Source: a virus
Taxonomy: Duplodnaviria > Caudoviricetes
Length of the DNA: 64,000 bases
Strand: one strand, 5' to 3'
Virus record (IMG/VR): IMGVR_UViG_3300020187_001966
Made by a program: the position numbers and the translations under genes. The notes beneath the pieces are model-generated. The model did not search any database, was not told the DNA's origin, and was given only the letters and a program-made list of their open reading frames with translations. This document shows positions 43,601 through 53,208 of this stretch, in pieces; the first letter of the stretch is position 1, and each line of letters opens with the position of its first letter.

Positions 43601-45421
43601 ATGATACACAAAATAGCAAAACAAATCATAGCAGAAGCTAGACAAAGCAGAACTAATTATGCTGTTACACAACAGCCATATGATAAAATTAAAGCAAATA
43701 TGTACACCATATTTGAATGCTATGCTCGTGGTATTATTGACTGGGACATTTCAAAAACAAAACTACAAAATGTAATTAAAGAGTATGTAAATTTATATCC
43801 ACTAGAAGAGCGTAAAGCTGAAGTTAAAATTATGCGTGAAGAATATAAACGTATCACAACAGACTATAAACTAGCACTAGACGAATATCGTGTAGTTGCT
43901 GAACAAAAAATGACAAGTAGTTTAGTAGCAAAACAAAAACTAGACGAAAGTACAGCGCAACATCACAGTAATGTATTTTACAATGGACGTAATTTAACTG
44001 AATCAGATCTTAAAGATATTGCTACACTTAAAACATGGCAACGTGTAATGGAAGCGTATCCTAACCTTACAACAAAAGAAGAAGAGCTTGTACGTACACT
44101 TGAAAACACATATGATACTAAAGACTTTGAATTTAATCCAAGAGCTGGTCATAGAGATCAAATGGCACATCCAGAAAATCAAGGATTAGGTCCATCAAAT
44201 ATGTCTAGCCCACGTCCCAAGTTACGTCCTAAAAAACTAGCTCCAATGTCAAGTCCACGTCCACAAGCCCGTCCAGCAAACTTACAAATGCGTAATGATA
44301 TTAATAAAGCAGTACAGCAGGCAGTTGGAGAAGGCGATAGCCCACACAAAAAAGGTACAGCAAAGTACAAAGCACATATGGCGGCAATGCATGCTGAAGG
44401 ATATAAAGAGTTGCCGCCAATTAACAGAGATCGTTATCAAGAACGTGACGGTCTAGAAGGACCATTCAGTACACTAAGTGGTAAGGTAGTTTATTATGAT
44501 CCAAAAGAAGGTTCGTACTACGATCCAGACACAGATATGTATATGAGTTATGGCGAATTCAAAGCACTTGACAACGACTATAGTAACATGAAAGACGAAC
44601 GTGACATCGACGTAAAAGAAGAAATGAGCAATGACGAAGTAGATGCGTTCCATCGTGCACTAGATGAACTTGTGCACAAGCACTTAGGTCACAGCTCACA
44701 TGAGAAAGAAATGGACGAAGTTGAAGAAACACTTAGCCCAGAAGAGAAAAAGCAAGTCAATCAAATGTACAACAAAGACGGTACGTTAACTGACATTGGT
44801 AAAAAAGTTATGAGCCAAGGACAAATACAAGATATCCTTAAAAAAGCAATGAAGCAACTTAAAGGTATTGATGCCCAAGCAAAGTTTACACACAGAGATT
44901 TAAATCAAGCAGTTGCTACAATTAATCAAGGTAATATTCCAGGCGCACTACAAGAATTAGTAAATGGTGTAGATGGTCCTGAGCCACAAATACAAGACAC
45001 ATTTAATGACGCACATGATGATTTACAGAGACTTATTAACCCTAAAACAGACAAAGAACTAGATGATGAGTATTGGCAAGACGTATCCGATATGAAAGCA
45101 AAAAGCAGAGCTGGCGTAGAATCAATTGTTCATGATGTATTTGATACAGCACTTGAAGAAATGACAAGCGCAGGTGCTATTGCCAGTGTAGCAACACCAA
45201 TGGGTAAAATGAAACGCCGTAAAGACAGTATTTTTGCTGACAAAGAAACTAAAGGCGATGTAATGACTGAAGCACAGTTTGACGAAGCGGCAGGCGAAAA
45301 AGATGCTTGTTATCGTAAAGTAAAATCACGTTATAAAGTATGGCCAAGTGCTTATGCTAGTGGCGCATTAACAAAATGTCGTAAAGTTGGAGCAGCCAAC
45401 TGGGGAAAAAGTAAGAAGTAA
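43601..45421 (+). CDS. Modular polyprotein-like internal protein
   Basis: Modules such as GLEGPF..YYDPKEG.YYD and EAAGEKDACYRKVKSRYKVWPSAYASG separated by xxE sites. Confidence 0.6.
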   Translation: MIHKIAKQIIAEARQSRTNYAVTQQPYDKIKANMYTIFECYARGIIDWDISKTKLQNVIKEYVNLYPLEERKAEVKIMREEYKRITTDYKLALDEYRVVAEQKMTSSLVAKQKLDESTAQHHSNVFYNGRNLTESDLKDIATLKTWQRVMEAYPNLTTKEEELVRTLENTYDTKDFEFNPRAGHRDQMAHPENQGLGPSNMSSPRPKLRPKKLAPMSSPRPQARPANLQMRNDINKAVQQAVGEGDSPHKKGTAKYKAHMAAMHAEGYKELPPINRDRYQERDGLEGPFSTLSGKVVYYDPKEGSYYDPDTDMYMSYGEFKALDNDYSNMKDERDIDVKEEMSNDEVDAFHRALDELVHKHLGHSSHEKEMDEVEETLSPEEKKQVNQMYNKDGTLTDIGKKVMSQGQIQDILKKAMKQLKGIDAQAKFTHRDLNQAVATINQGNIPGALQELVNGVDGPEPQIQDTFNDAHDDLQRLINPKTDKELDDEYWQDVSDMKAKSRAGVESIVHDVFDTALEEMTSAGAIASVATPMGKMKRRKDSIFADKETKGDVMTEAQFDEAAGEKDACYRKVKSRYKVWPSAYASGALTKCRKVGAANWGKSKK

Positions 45422-45424
45422 TAA

Positions 45425-46279
45425 ATGGGTAACCGGAATCAAAATAGCACAGATTATATTCACGCAGATGAACCAAACATTTTAAATGTTCATAAAGCTA
45501 TGGATTATAATCAGCAAGGGCAACCGCTACTAAGAACAACTGGTAGTAGTTATGATTGGATTATTAACATTAGCGCAGGTGCGGTTGATGGTACTGGTTA
45601 TATTGAAAAGTTCGGCATGAACACTGATGTAGACAGCGACAAAGAAACAATTTGGGACGGTGGAGGTATATATACGTATCTATCCACTGGCGAGAAACTT
45701 TCAGTTACTAGCAGCAGTGTTAATGATAGCGCATCTGGATCAGGTGCTCGTACTGTAGAGATACAAGGTTGTAATGATGCTGGAGAGGTTATTTTAGAAA
45801 CTGTTGAGATTGGTAGTGCAAGTACTCAATTGTTTAAACGTGTGTTTCGTGTAAAGGTTGTAACATCAGGCACAAGCGGAGTTAATGAAGGTATTATTAA
45901 TATTACTAGTCTGGTATCTACAACAATAGTTGCTCAAATTGGAGTTGATGGCACTGGTAGTAATGCAGCAGGACGTGGACAAACATTCATGGCGTTGTAT
46001 ACAGTACCAGTAGGAAAAACAGCATATTTGACACAATGGACTGTTGGTTGTGGTAAGCAAAATACAGATGCTATTGCTACATTTATGGCAAAAACACCAG
46101 CTGGTGCTTGGAATGCTAAAGATATTATTACAGTTAGCGCAACTACATACACTAAAGATTATAAGATTCCAATACAGTTTACAGAACAAACAGATATAGA
46201 AGTACGTGCTTATAGTAGTGTAAACAATTCACTAGTAAGTAGTACGTTTAACTTATTGATAATAGACAACCCGGTATAA
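45425..46279 (+). CDS. Putative virion structural protein
   Basis: Beta-rich, Thr/Ser/Gly; late cluster. Confidence 0.6.
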   Translation: MGNRNQNSTDYIHADEPNILNVHKAMDYNQQGQPLLRTTGSSYDWIINISAGAVDGTGYIEKFGMNTDVDSDKETIWDGGGIYTYLSTGEKLSVTSSSVNDSASGSGARTVEIQGCNDAGEVILETVEIGSASTQLFKRVFRVKVVTSGTSGVNEGIINITSLVSTTIVAQIGVDGTGSNAAGRGQTFMALYTVPVGKTAYLTQWTVGCGKQNTDAIATFMAKTPAGAWNAKDIITVSATTYTKDYKIPIQFTEQTDIEVRAYSSVNNSLVSSTFNLLIIDNPV

Positions 46280-46287
46280 ATATTTAC

Positions 46288-46599
46288 ATGCTTATAGAAG
46301 ACATCATAACAGAAGATTTACGGGCATGGTTCGGCAAAGGCAAAAAAGGCGGGGCCGGCGGAGGTGGCTGGGATCGTTACAACAGCAAAGGCGAACGTGT
46401 TGGCAAATGTGGAGATGGCGAAGGCAAAGGCAAACCAAAGTGTCTAAGTAAAAGCGCAGCCGCTAAACTACGTAATGCTGACAAAAACAAAGACGGCAAA
46501 AAAGACGGAGCAAAAGGTATTGCTACCGCAGTTAAACGTAAAAAATCAAAAGACCCTAATCCTAATCGCAAGGGCAAAGCAAAGAACGTAAAGAACTAA
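46288..46599 (+). CDS. Very basic Lys/Gly-rich putative internal (DNA-binding) protein
   Basis: MLIEDIITE-DLRAWFGKG...KPKCL; TATAAATA 5 nt upstream. Confidence 0.7.
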   Translation: MLIEDIITEDLRAWFGKGKKGGAGGGGWDRYNSKGERVGKCGDGEGKGKPKCLSKSAAAKLRNADKNKDGKKDGAKGIATAVKRKKSKDPNPNRKGKAKNVKN

Positions 46600-46608
46600 G
46601 GAAGTATA

Positions 46609-49050
46609 ATGCCAATTCTAACTAAACGTGAGAGACAAGATGATAAACTTGCTTTAGCAAATGCTGATAGAGTAGCTCGTAATGTAATAGAGCCAGGGCG
46701 TTATACTGATGTAACAGCAGACGCAACTCAACTACCTACACGTTATGCTGTTGGTGATAATGACACCAACAATGTAGTAAATAACCCCAATACAGGCGGC
46801 CTATTACCAGGTCGTCCTTGGAACTCAACAACATCTGTGTATGCAATACTTGCTTTTGAGCCAAAACTAGTTTTTGATTTTACTGGAAATGTATTTAAGA
46901 CAGGCGGTGCAGATAGCACTCTAGCTAACAGTGTGACTCATGCTCGCGCAGGTCAAGCTACGATGGTAGACTCAGATGGTCTTCTCAAATGGGCTCCACA
47001 TAACCTTTTGCCTAGGTCTGAAGAGCTAAATCTGTGGTCTCAAGCAAATGCTGGCGGGGCTGTTGTAGACAATGCTGTTGCTCCAGATGGGACAACCACA
47101 GCGGCTACCTTTACAATTAGCTCTACTAACTTTCATAGTTATATTCGTTCTTTTGTCACATATACTGCAGGAGATATAATTACATTTTCCTTCTGGGTAA
47201 GAAGTGACACTGTAACGATACTGCCGTTTGGGATTAATGGTGGGACAAATCAAGCGAACAATAACATATATACTAATGTTCCAGTAACAAGCACTTGGAA
47301 CTTGGTTGATCTTGAATTCACAGTTGGAGGTAATGACACTTCTCTTTACTATGTAATTGGAAAACAAAGTCAAAACCCTGTATCTAATCAAATAGGTGAC
47401 GTAGAAATCTGGCATCCACACGCTTACCGCAGTGACTTAGGTGGCATGGTGAACAACCCATCACAACCTACAGGCTTTGAAACCTACGCCCCAACAACAA
47501 GTTCTGCTGTTTACCTACCAAGAGTTGGACATCACGTCTACAATGGCTCTGCTTGGGTTAACGAAGGCATCCTCCACGAGAGTGAAGCTAGGACTAACTT
47601 GGTTACTTATAGTAATGACTTTACTCATTCGAGTTGGGTAAAGAATGCAATAATAACCCCAAATGATGCTGTTTCCCCAGACGGGACATCAAATGCTTCG
47701 AAGTTTTCATTCGGCGGAACTGGTTATTTTCAATTCAACCATTCTAGAACCACTGGTCAGACGTACACCATATCAGCTTGGGTTAAGTCTTATGATGGAA
47801 CAGATGAAGCCTTTCAACTTTATGCACAAAATGGTGCTTTTAATCAAGACTTTATAGCAACCTCCGAGTGGCAGAGATTCTCATTTACTTACACAAGTAC
47901 GGGGACTACAGTCAATGGTGATGGCATTGCACGTCCTACTAGCAATATTCCTGCTCTCTTACATGTTTACGGTATACAAATAGAAGCTGGCGCAACCCCA
48001 TCTAGTTACATCCCAACATCAGGTTCAACTGTAACAAGGGCGGCTGAGACACTAACCGTCCCTGCGGCTAATCTGCCTTATCCTACTCCTGTTGAGGTTA
48101 CTGGCACTGAGCTGGTTACTAATGGTACGTTTGATAGTAACACAAATAATTGGACTGCTTTTAATTCCGCATTATCTGTGGACTCTAACAGATTAAAAAT
48201 TGTTAACGATGGAATCTTTGGGACAGCAACCCAACAATTCACTACTGTCTCAAATAAAGTATATTTAGTTACAGCTGATTTAATTCATGGCGGCGCTGTC
48301 GACGGTAGAATACTCATCAATGAAGGACAGTTTGGTGGAGCTTTGTATAATAGCACAATAGTATCATTCGATAAAACATTTTCAATTGTTTTTAAAGCGG
48401 CTAGTCACCTCACTAACATAGTTCTCCAAAATTCTTTTGGTACTTCTGGAGGTCTTGGTAGTACTGGAGATTTTAACTTTTGGGATAATGTATCCATCAA
48501 AGAAATCAACCCTCTCGCTTTGTCTATCCAGATGGACGGTAAGATGACTTATGCTGATAATGGCGCTACTGCAACTAGCAGTAATAACGTGGGCGAAGTA
48601 ACCTTTTTAAAATGGCAAGAGACTAGCAATAAATTTATTGGAGTAGTTCTTAACACACTCACCTCACGAGTAGGGCAAGTTTCGGTAAGACAACGTAATG
48701 CTAGCAGTGGGTTCGATGAAGTTGTGTCAGCCGTTGACGCTTACACCCCTGACACTAACGTACCGTTTAACATTGCATCACGTCATGGCTCTACGTTCAT
48801 CAACGGCGCTCACGAGGGTACACTCCTGACAGCCAACACAACCCCTACGATTCTCCCTGACTTGTCATCTACTGCCTTAGAACTTGGCCAAACCTTCATG
48901 GGTACAATAGCTCAATTCAGAATGTGGGATGAAGACTTAACAGACGCAGGTATAGTTGAAGCAACAGAACCATCCACAGAACCATCATTACAATTAACAT
49001 TTGATGGCTCATCCACAACAAGTTTCACAGTATTAGATTGGAGTGAATAA
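46609..49050 (+). CDS. Receptor-binding fibre/spike with carbohydrate-binding-like domains
   Basis: N-terminal anchor LPTRY..NPNTGGLLPGRPW; EARTNL, APDGT, QIEAGATPSSYIPT. Confidence 0.7.
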   Translation: MPILTKRERQDDKLALANADRVARNVIEPGRYTDVTADATQLPTRYAVGDNDTNNVVNNPNTGGLLPGRPWNSTTSVYAILAFEPKLVFDFTGNVFKTGGADSTLANSVTHARAGQATMVDSDGLLKWAPHNLLPRSEELNLWSQANAGGAVVDNAVAPDGTTTAATFTISSTNFHSYIRSFVTYTAGDIITFSFWVRSDTVTILPFGINGGTNQANNNIYTNVPVTSTWNLVDLEFTVGGNDTSLYYVIGKQSQNPVSNQIGDVEIWHPHAYRSDLGGMVNNPSQPTGFETYAPTTSSAVYLPRVGHHVYNGSAWVNEGILHESEARTNLVTYSNDFTHSSWVKNAIITPNDAVSPDGTSNASKFSFGGTGYFQFNHSRTTGQTYTISAWVKSYDGTDEAFQLYAQNGAFNQDFIATSEWQRFSFTYTSTGTTVNGDGIARPTSNIPALLHVYGIQIEAGATPSSYIPTSGSTVTRAAETLTVPAANLPYPTPVEVTGTELVTNGTFDSNTNNWTAFNSALSVDSNRLKIVNDGIFGTATQQFTTVSNKVYLVTADLIHGGAVDGRILINEGQFGGALYNSTIVSFDKTFSIVFKAASHLTNIVLQNSFGTSGGLGSTGDFNFWDNVSIKEINPLALSIQMDGKMTYADNGATATSSNNVGEVTFLKWQETSNKFIGVVLNTLTSRVGQVSVRQRNASSGFDEVVSAVDAYTPDTNVPFNIASRHGSTFINGAHEGTLLTANTTPTILPDLSSTALELGQTFMGTIAQFRMWDEDLTDAGIVEATEPSTEPSLQLTFDGSSTTSFTVLDWSE

Positions 49051-50671
49051 TATGGGTACTAAGAATTTAAATAGTGCAACAGACTTAATAACATTCACCA
49101 GAGCATCAGGTGGTACAGCTTTAAGAAAAATTAGCTACGGTAACGAGTTAGTTACTAATGGTGACTTTTCGAGTGGCACGACAGGTTGGGTAGATGGGAC
49201 AAACTGGTCAGGGGCTTTAGATGCTTCATCTGGCAAGCTGTTGATTACCAGTGACTCTAGTAATGGCTACGGTTGCGCCATTCAAGGTGTCCCACTTGTT
49301 GTAGGCAAGGCGTATAGATTAACAGGCTCCCGTAGGGCGGTCTCTGGTGGCAATCCAGCTATAGGTGTATCAAATTCGGCGGGTGCTGTGCAAGTGGTAT
49401 TACTGAGTGGATCAGCCTCAACAGTAACTAATTATTTTTCTGTGACATTTGTGGCCTCGTCTACTTTTAGCCTATGCTTATTTAATCAATCCCCAACAAA
49501 CGGCAATTCTTCTGAGTTCGACAATATCTCAGTCAAAGAAGTCCTCTTCGACCAAGCTGATGGCACACTCCAACTTTTTAACCATGGTAACAACGTACCT
49601 CGGATTGAGTACGATGCTACTGGTGCAGTCAAAGGCTTACTGATTGAAGAAGCTAGGACTAACCTATACCTTAACAGTTCAGATACTAGCACTAACAGTT
49701 CATTTGGTATTACAAAAACTTCAGACTCTGCGGTTAGCCCTGACGGTACAACAACTGCTGATTTGATAACCCCGGATACATCATATCCTAGACATTTATT
49801 TCAGTATTCTAGCTCCTACAGTGCAGGTGATGGTAGCAAGGAGACTTATAGTTTCTATGCAAAATCCAATGGCTATAACCTCATTGAAGTATCTCAGAGA
49901 AATCAAAATGGTGGCACAATAACTAAGTTTGATTTAAGTGCTGTAACTGCAACGACAACTGGTGGTACTGAAATATTAAAGTCTATAGAGGATGTGGGTA
50001 ATGGTTGGTACAGATGTTCTGCGGCTTACATAACGTCTAGTGTAAGACCATACCCTGCTATTGAGTTTCTCGATACAGATGGTTCTCAAGGATTTGTACC
50101 TGATGGAACTTCAGGTATCTACTTTTGGGGGCATCAACTAGAAGCTGGCGGCTTCCCTTCGTCCTACATCCCAACATCAGGTAGCACAGCTACTAGGGCG
50201 GCAGATATTGCTACTATTCCTACGAGTGCCTTTGGGTATAACCAGAAGGTTGGTAGTGTTGTTGTGGAGTTTAATAGTAATAAACCTAATAACGAGCAGT
50301 ATGGTGCTTTCGGGTTAAGTGATGGTAGTCCTACAAACCGAATAGCTTACTACGCAACGTCTGTTAACACGTTAGTTGTTACAACTGCTGGTGTCGGACA
50401 GGTAGAACTAAACGCGGGTTTAAGAGTTACAACCTCTGAACTTGTTAAGTTTTCTGCTGGATATGCCGAGAATGACTTTGCCGCTTCTCTCAATGGCGCA
50501 ACAACGGTCACTGATACATCAGGAACGGTTCCTTCTGGAATATCTTCGTTAGGGATAGGTCACTATTACCCCCCTAACCCAAGTTCTAACCTGATAAACG
50601 GTCACATCAAATCAATCAAATACTACCCTCGCAGACTAACTAATGCACAATTACAGGAGCTAACAACATGA
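49043..50671 (+). CDS. Second receptor-binding fibre/spike, paralogous to the preceding gene
   Basis: FTRAS, GLLIEEARTNL, SPDGT, QLEAGGFPSSYIPT, LamG-like C-terminus. Confidence 0.7.
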   Translation: MNNMGTKNLNSATDLITFTRASGGTALRKISYGNELVTNGDFSSGTTGWVDGTNWSGALDASSGKLLITSDSSNGYGCAIQGVPLVVGKAYRLTGSRRAVSGGNPAIGVSNSAGAVQVVLLSGSASTVTNYFSVTFVASSTFSLCLFNQSPTNGNSSEFDNISVKEVLFDQADGTLQLFNHGNNVPRIEYDATGAVKGLLIEEARTNLYLNSSDTSTNSSFGITKTSDSAVSPDGTTTADLITPDTSYPRHLFQYSSSYSAGDGSKETYSFYAKSNGYNLIEVSQRNQNGGTITKFDLSAVTATTTGGTEILKSIEDVGNGWYRCSAAYITSSVRPYPAIEFLDTDGSQGFVPDGTSGIYFWGHQLEAGGFPSSYIPTSGSTATRAADIATIPTSAFGYNQKVGSVVVEFNSNKPNNEQYGAFGLSDGSPTNRIAYYATSVNTLVVTTAGVGQVELNAGLRVTTSELVKFSAGYAENDFAASLNGATTVTDTSGTVPSGISSLGIGHYYPPNPSSNLINGHIKSIKYYPRRLTNAQLQELTT

Positions 50672-51057
50672 GCGAAGAATTAGAAACAATAAAGATTGAC
50701 TTTTATTTAAAGTTAACAAACGAAGCCGCAATGACTACAGTATTATCAGACTTCTATACACAAGACACTGAAACTACAGTAAACGAGGATACAGGCGAGG
50801 AGACCACTACAAACGTAGGTGATCCTTACTTAGTACCTAACACATCTAACTATGCTATTGATGTTGTGGGAACACTAAGTGAACCTACAGGCAATACACT
50901 GACAGATGATAATGACATGGAGTATCCTGAGATGCAAGCCTTAGATGGTTGGCATGTGAATATCCGTTTAATAGGTGATGAAGTTAGAGCAGCAGTAGAA
51001 GCACTGGATGAAACACACGGTGTTACTCCAAGTGTACCACAAAGAATTTGGTTATAA
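50668..51057 (+). CDS. Fibre-associated acidic protein
   Basis: GWHVNIRL motif; coupled to the fibre gene. Confidence 0.6.
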   Translation: MSEELETIKIDFYLKLTNEAAMTTVLSDFYTQDTETTVNEDTGEETTTNVGDPYLVPNTSNYAIDVVGTLSEPTGNTLTDDNDMEYPEMQALDGWHVNIRLIGDEVRAAVEALDETHGVTPSVPQRIWL

Positions 51058-51114
51058 ATAGAGTAAAGACATAAAAGCCAGATCGGCCTTACGCTACTTA
51101 AAAAAGGAAACAAT

Positions 51115-51288
51115 GTGCATACAAAAACTTGTACAAAATGTGGACATGCGTGTCATTGTGACAAAGTAAACTGTCCCGAGTGTATTAATGACGTATGTGG
51201 ACACTGTAATTGTGAATCTAAAATTTTAGCTGAACATGAATCGAAAATATGGCCATGGCAGGATAGTGGCGTCGAACAAATGCTATGA
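51115..51288 (+). CDS. Cys/His-rich metallothionein-like peptide (57 aa, GTG start, not in track)
   Basis: HTKTCTKCGHACHCDKVNCPECINDVCGHCNCE; TATAAATA at about 51053 and AAGGA SD; stop overlaps next ATG. Confidence 0.7.
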   Translation: MHTKTCTKCGHACHCDKVNCPECINDVCGHCNCESKILAEHESKIWPWQDSGVEQML

Positions 51289-51884
51289 ATCTTTGTACAG
51301 AAGAAATAGCATGGGCAACAACTGCTCCTGAAGACTTATGGATATTCGATAAACTTATACTAGCAAGACGTCTTGGTTATACGTGTGGGCCAGTAGGGAC
51401 TAGAGTTTCACAATCGGATTACTATATTGTAAGACCTTGTGTAAACGCTATAGGACTTGGGCTAGGTGCGCAAAAGCAATATATTAAAGAGTTTACAGAT
51501 CATCTAACACCTGGACATTTTTGGTGTGAAATATTTGAAGGTGATCATATTAGTGTAGATTATCTCAATGGGGAGCAAGTACTAGCAGTACAAGGACATA
51601 AAAATCCAGCCACCTATACACAATGGGATCGTTGGGTAAAAGTAGATGTTCAAATACCATTACCTAGTTGCTTAGATAATATTAAAAATAAATACAGTAA
51701 GATAAACGCAGAGTACATAGGCGGGAATCTAATAGAAATACATCTAAGACATAATCCAGATTTCCCTGAAGGTCAATACGAGTACATACCTGTATGGCAG
51801 GGACAAGACCAAAAACCCCCAGATGGATACAAATATGTAGTAGATCCGGATATTCATGGACGCACAGGAGCGTTTGTAAAATAA
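51285..51884 (+). CDS. Hypothetical protein, possible reduced ATP-grasp fold
   Basis: YIVRPCVN..G.G.G, FWCEIFEGDHISVDY, NAEYIGGNLIEIH. Confidence 0.45.
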   Translation: MNLCTEEIAWATTAPEDLWIFDKLILARRLGYTCGPVGTRVSQSDYYIVRPCVNAIGLGLGAQKQYIKEFTDHLTPGHFWCEIFEGDHISVDYLNGEQVLAVQGHKNPATYTQWDRWVKVDVQIPLPSCLDNIKNKYSKINAEYIGGNLIEIHLRHNPDFPEGQYEYIPVWQGQDQKPPDGYKYVVDPDIHGRTGAFVK

Positions 51885-51914
51885 ATACACATACATAAAA
51901 CAAGGATTTGTAAA

Positions 51915-52763
51915 ATGGCAGTAGAAGATTTTGAATTTGAATTCACAGAAGACATGGTTATTGAGATGCTTCGTGGCAATGACGAAGCTGAAGATTGGTA
52001 TGACGCAATGTGTGAAATCCTTCCTCTATGGGAAGTAGATACACCAGCACGAGTAGCAATGTTTATCGCACAGTGCGGACATGAAAGTAATAACTTTAGA
52101 GTGTTGAGTGAGAACCTCAACTATAGCGCCAAAGCACTAGATGCTATTTTTGGCAAGTATTTTAAGAGAGCAGGTAGAGATGCGGAACCTTATCACAGAA
52201 AGCCTAGAAAAATTGCGAATGTTATTTACGCAAATAGAATGGACAACGGCGATACCGATTCCGGAGATGGTTGGAGATTCAGGGGCGGTGGCATTCTACA
52301 ACTTACAGGCAGATACAATTATACAAAATTCGGAGAAGACGTCGATATGTCACCAGAAGCGGCAGTCGAGTACGTCAGAACAAAAAAAGGCGCCTTAGAC
52401 TCAGCATGTTGGTTCTGGGACACAAACGGCCTAAACAAGTATTGTGACAGTCGTGATGTTAAAGGTGCTACTAAACGTATTAACGGCGGCTACATTGGAC
52501 TAGAAGATCGTAAGAAGCATTATGAACATGCTATGGAAGTTCTAGGCGGACACTGGGAACCAGCACAAATGGTATACGAAACTATTCGTGTAGGCTCACG
52601 TGGACCAACAGTACGTGCTGTACAAGAAGAATTAGAAATCGGGGCTGATGGTGTTTTTGGTAGAGGTACTGAAGCACACATTAAGCACTGGCAAGAAGAG
52701 AACGGACTTACGCCAGACGGTGTTATGGGGCCTGTTAGTTTAGCAATGATGTTTGGAGAATAG
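51915..52763 (+). CDS. GH19 endolysin with C-terminal peptidoglycan-binding domain
   Basis: FIAQCGHES, ENLNYS, FRGGGILQLTGRYNY, INGGYIGL; ADGVFG/PDGVMG PG-binding repeats. Confidence 0.9.
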   Translation: MAVEDFEFEFTEDMVIEMLRGNDEAEDWYDAMCEILPLWEVDTPARVAMFIAQCGHESNNFRVLSENLNYSAKALDAIFGKYFKRAGRDAEPYHRKPRKIANVIYANRMDNGDTDSGDGWRFRGGGILQLTGRYNYTKFGEDVDMSPEAAVEYVRTKKGALDSACWFWDTNGLNKYCDSRDVKGATKRINGGYIGLEDRKKHYEHAMEVLGGHWEPAQMVYETIRVGSRGPTVRAVQEELEIGADGVFGRGTEAHIKHWQEENGLTPDGVMGPVSLAMMFGE

Positions 52764-52764
52764 T

Positions 52765-52959
52765 ATGTCGCAAGAAGTAGACGATAAAGGTAAAATGGAA
52801 ATACAACTACGTGTATTAGGTAACGAATTAGTTGCTATAAAGATGTCAGTTGATGATTTTAAAATGAAATGGTTACTAATTGGAGTAATTAGTATTGTAG
52901 CATTAGGATGGGCGGCGGGCAGCTTTGGTCCAGAACTAGTAAACATGTTTGGAGAGTAA
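52765..52959 (+). CDS. Small membrane protein
   Basis: One TM helix; adjacent to endolysin. Confidence 0.55.
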   Translation: MSQEVDDKGKMEIQLRVLGNELVAIKMSVDDFKMKWLLIGVISIVALGWAAGSFGPELVNMFGE

Positions 52960-53054
52960 CATGGACATAGCTCATTATTTAAAAGTATACAAAAAGCATG
53001 AAGCAGAACATACTAGTACTAATGAGCGCAACAACTATTGGAGGAGATATAACG

Positions 53055-53207
53055 ATGAGTTGGTTAAAGAACAGACTAAAAGAGAGAACGACACTTGATG
53101 GTGTTGTACTAGTAGCTTCAGGTGTAGCAATGATATTGGTACCTGTAAACTTAATTGCGTATGCTATGATTGCGTATGGCGGTTGGACTATTTGGAAATC
53201 TGAATAG
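53055..53207 (+). CDS. Small membrane protein (holin-like)
   Basis: GGAG SD; RLKERTTLDG plus two short hydrophobic segments. Confidence 0.55.
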   Translation: MSWLKNRLKERTTLDGVVLVASGVAMILVPVNLIAYAMIAYGGWTIWKSE

Positions 53208-53208
53208 T

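Noticed and set aside
46609-50671. Diversity-generating retroelement acting on the fibres
   Set aside because: No reverse transcriptase in the window and no ~100-bp TR/VR pair differing only at adenines; shared blocks are short paralogous motifs
51113-51169. ATG-start 18-aa ORF overlapping the Cys-rich peptide
   Set aside because: Very short and closer to the SD than optimal; the GTG frame gives a coherent Cys/His protein coupled to the next gene
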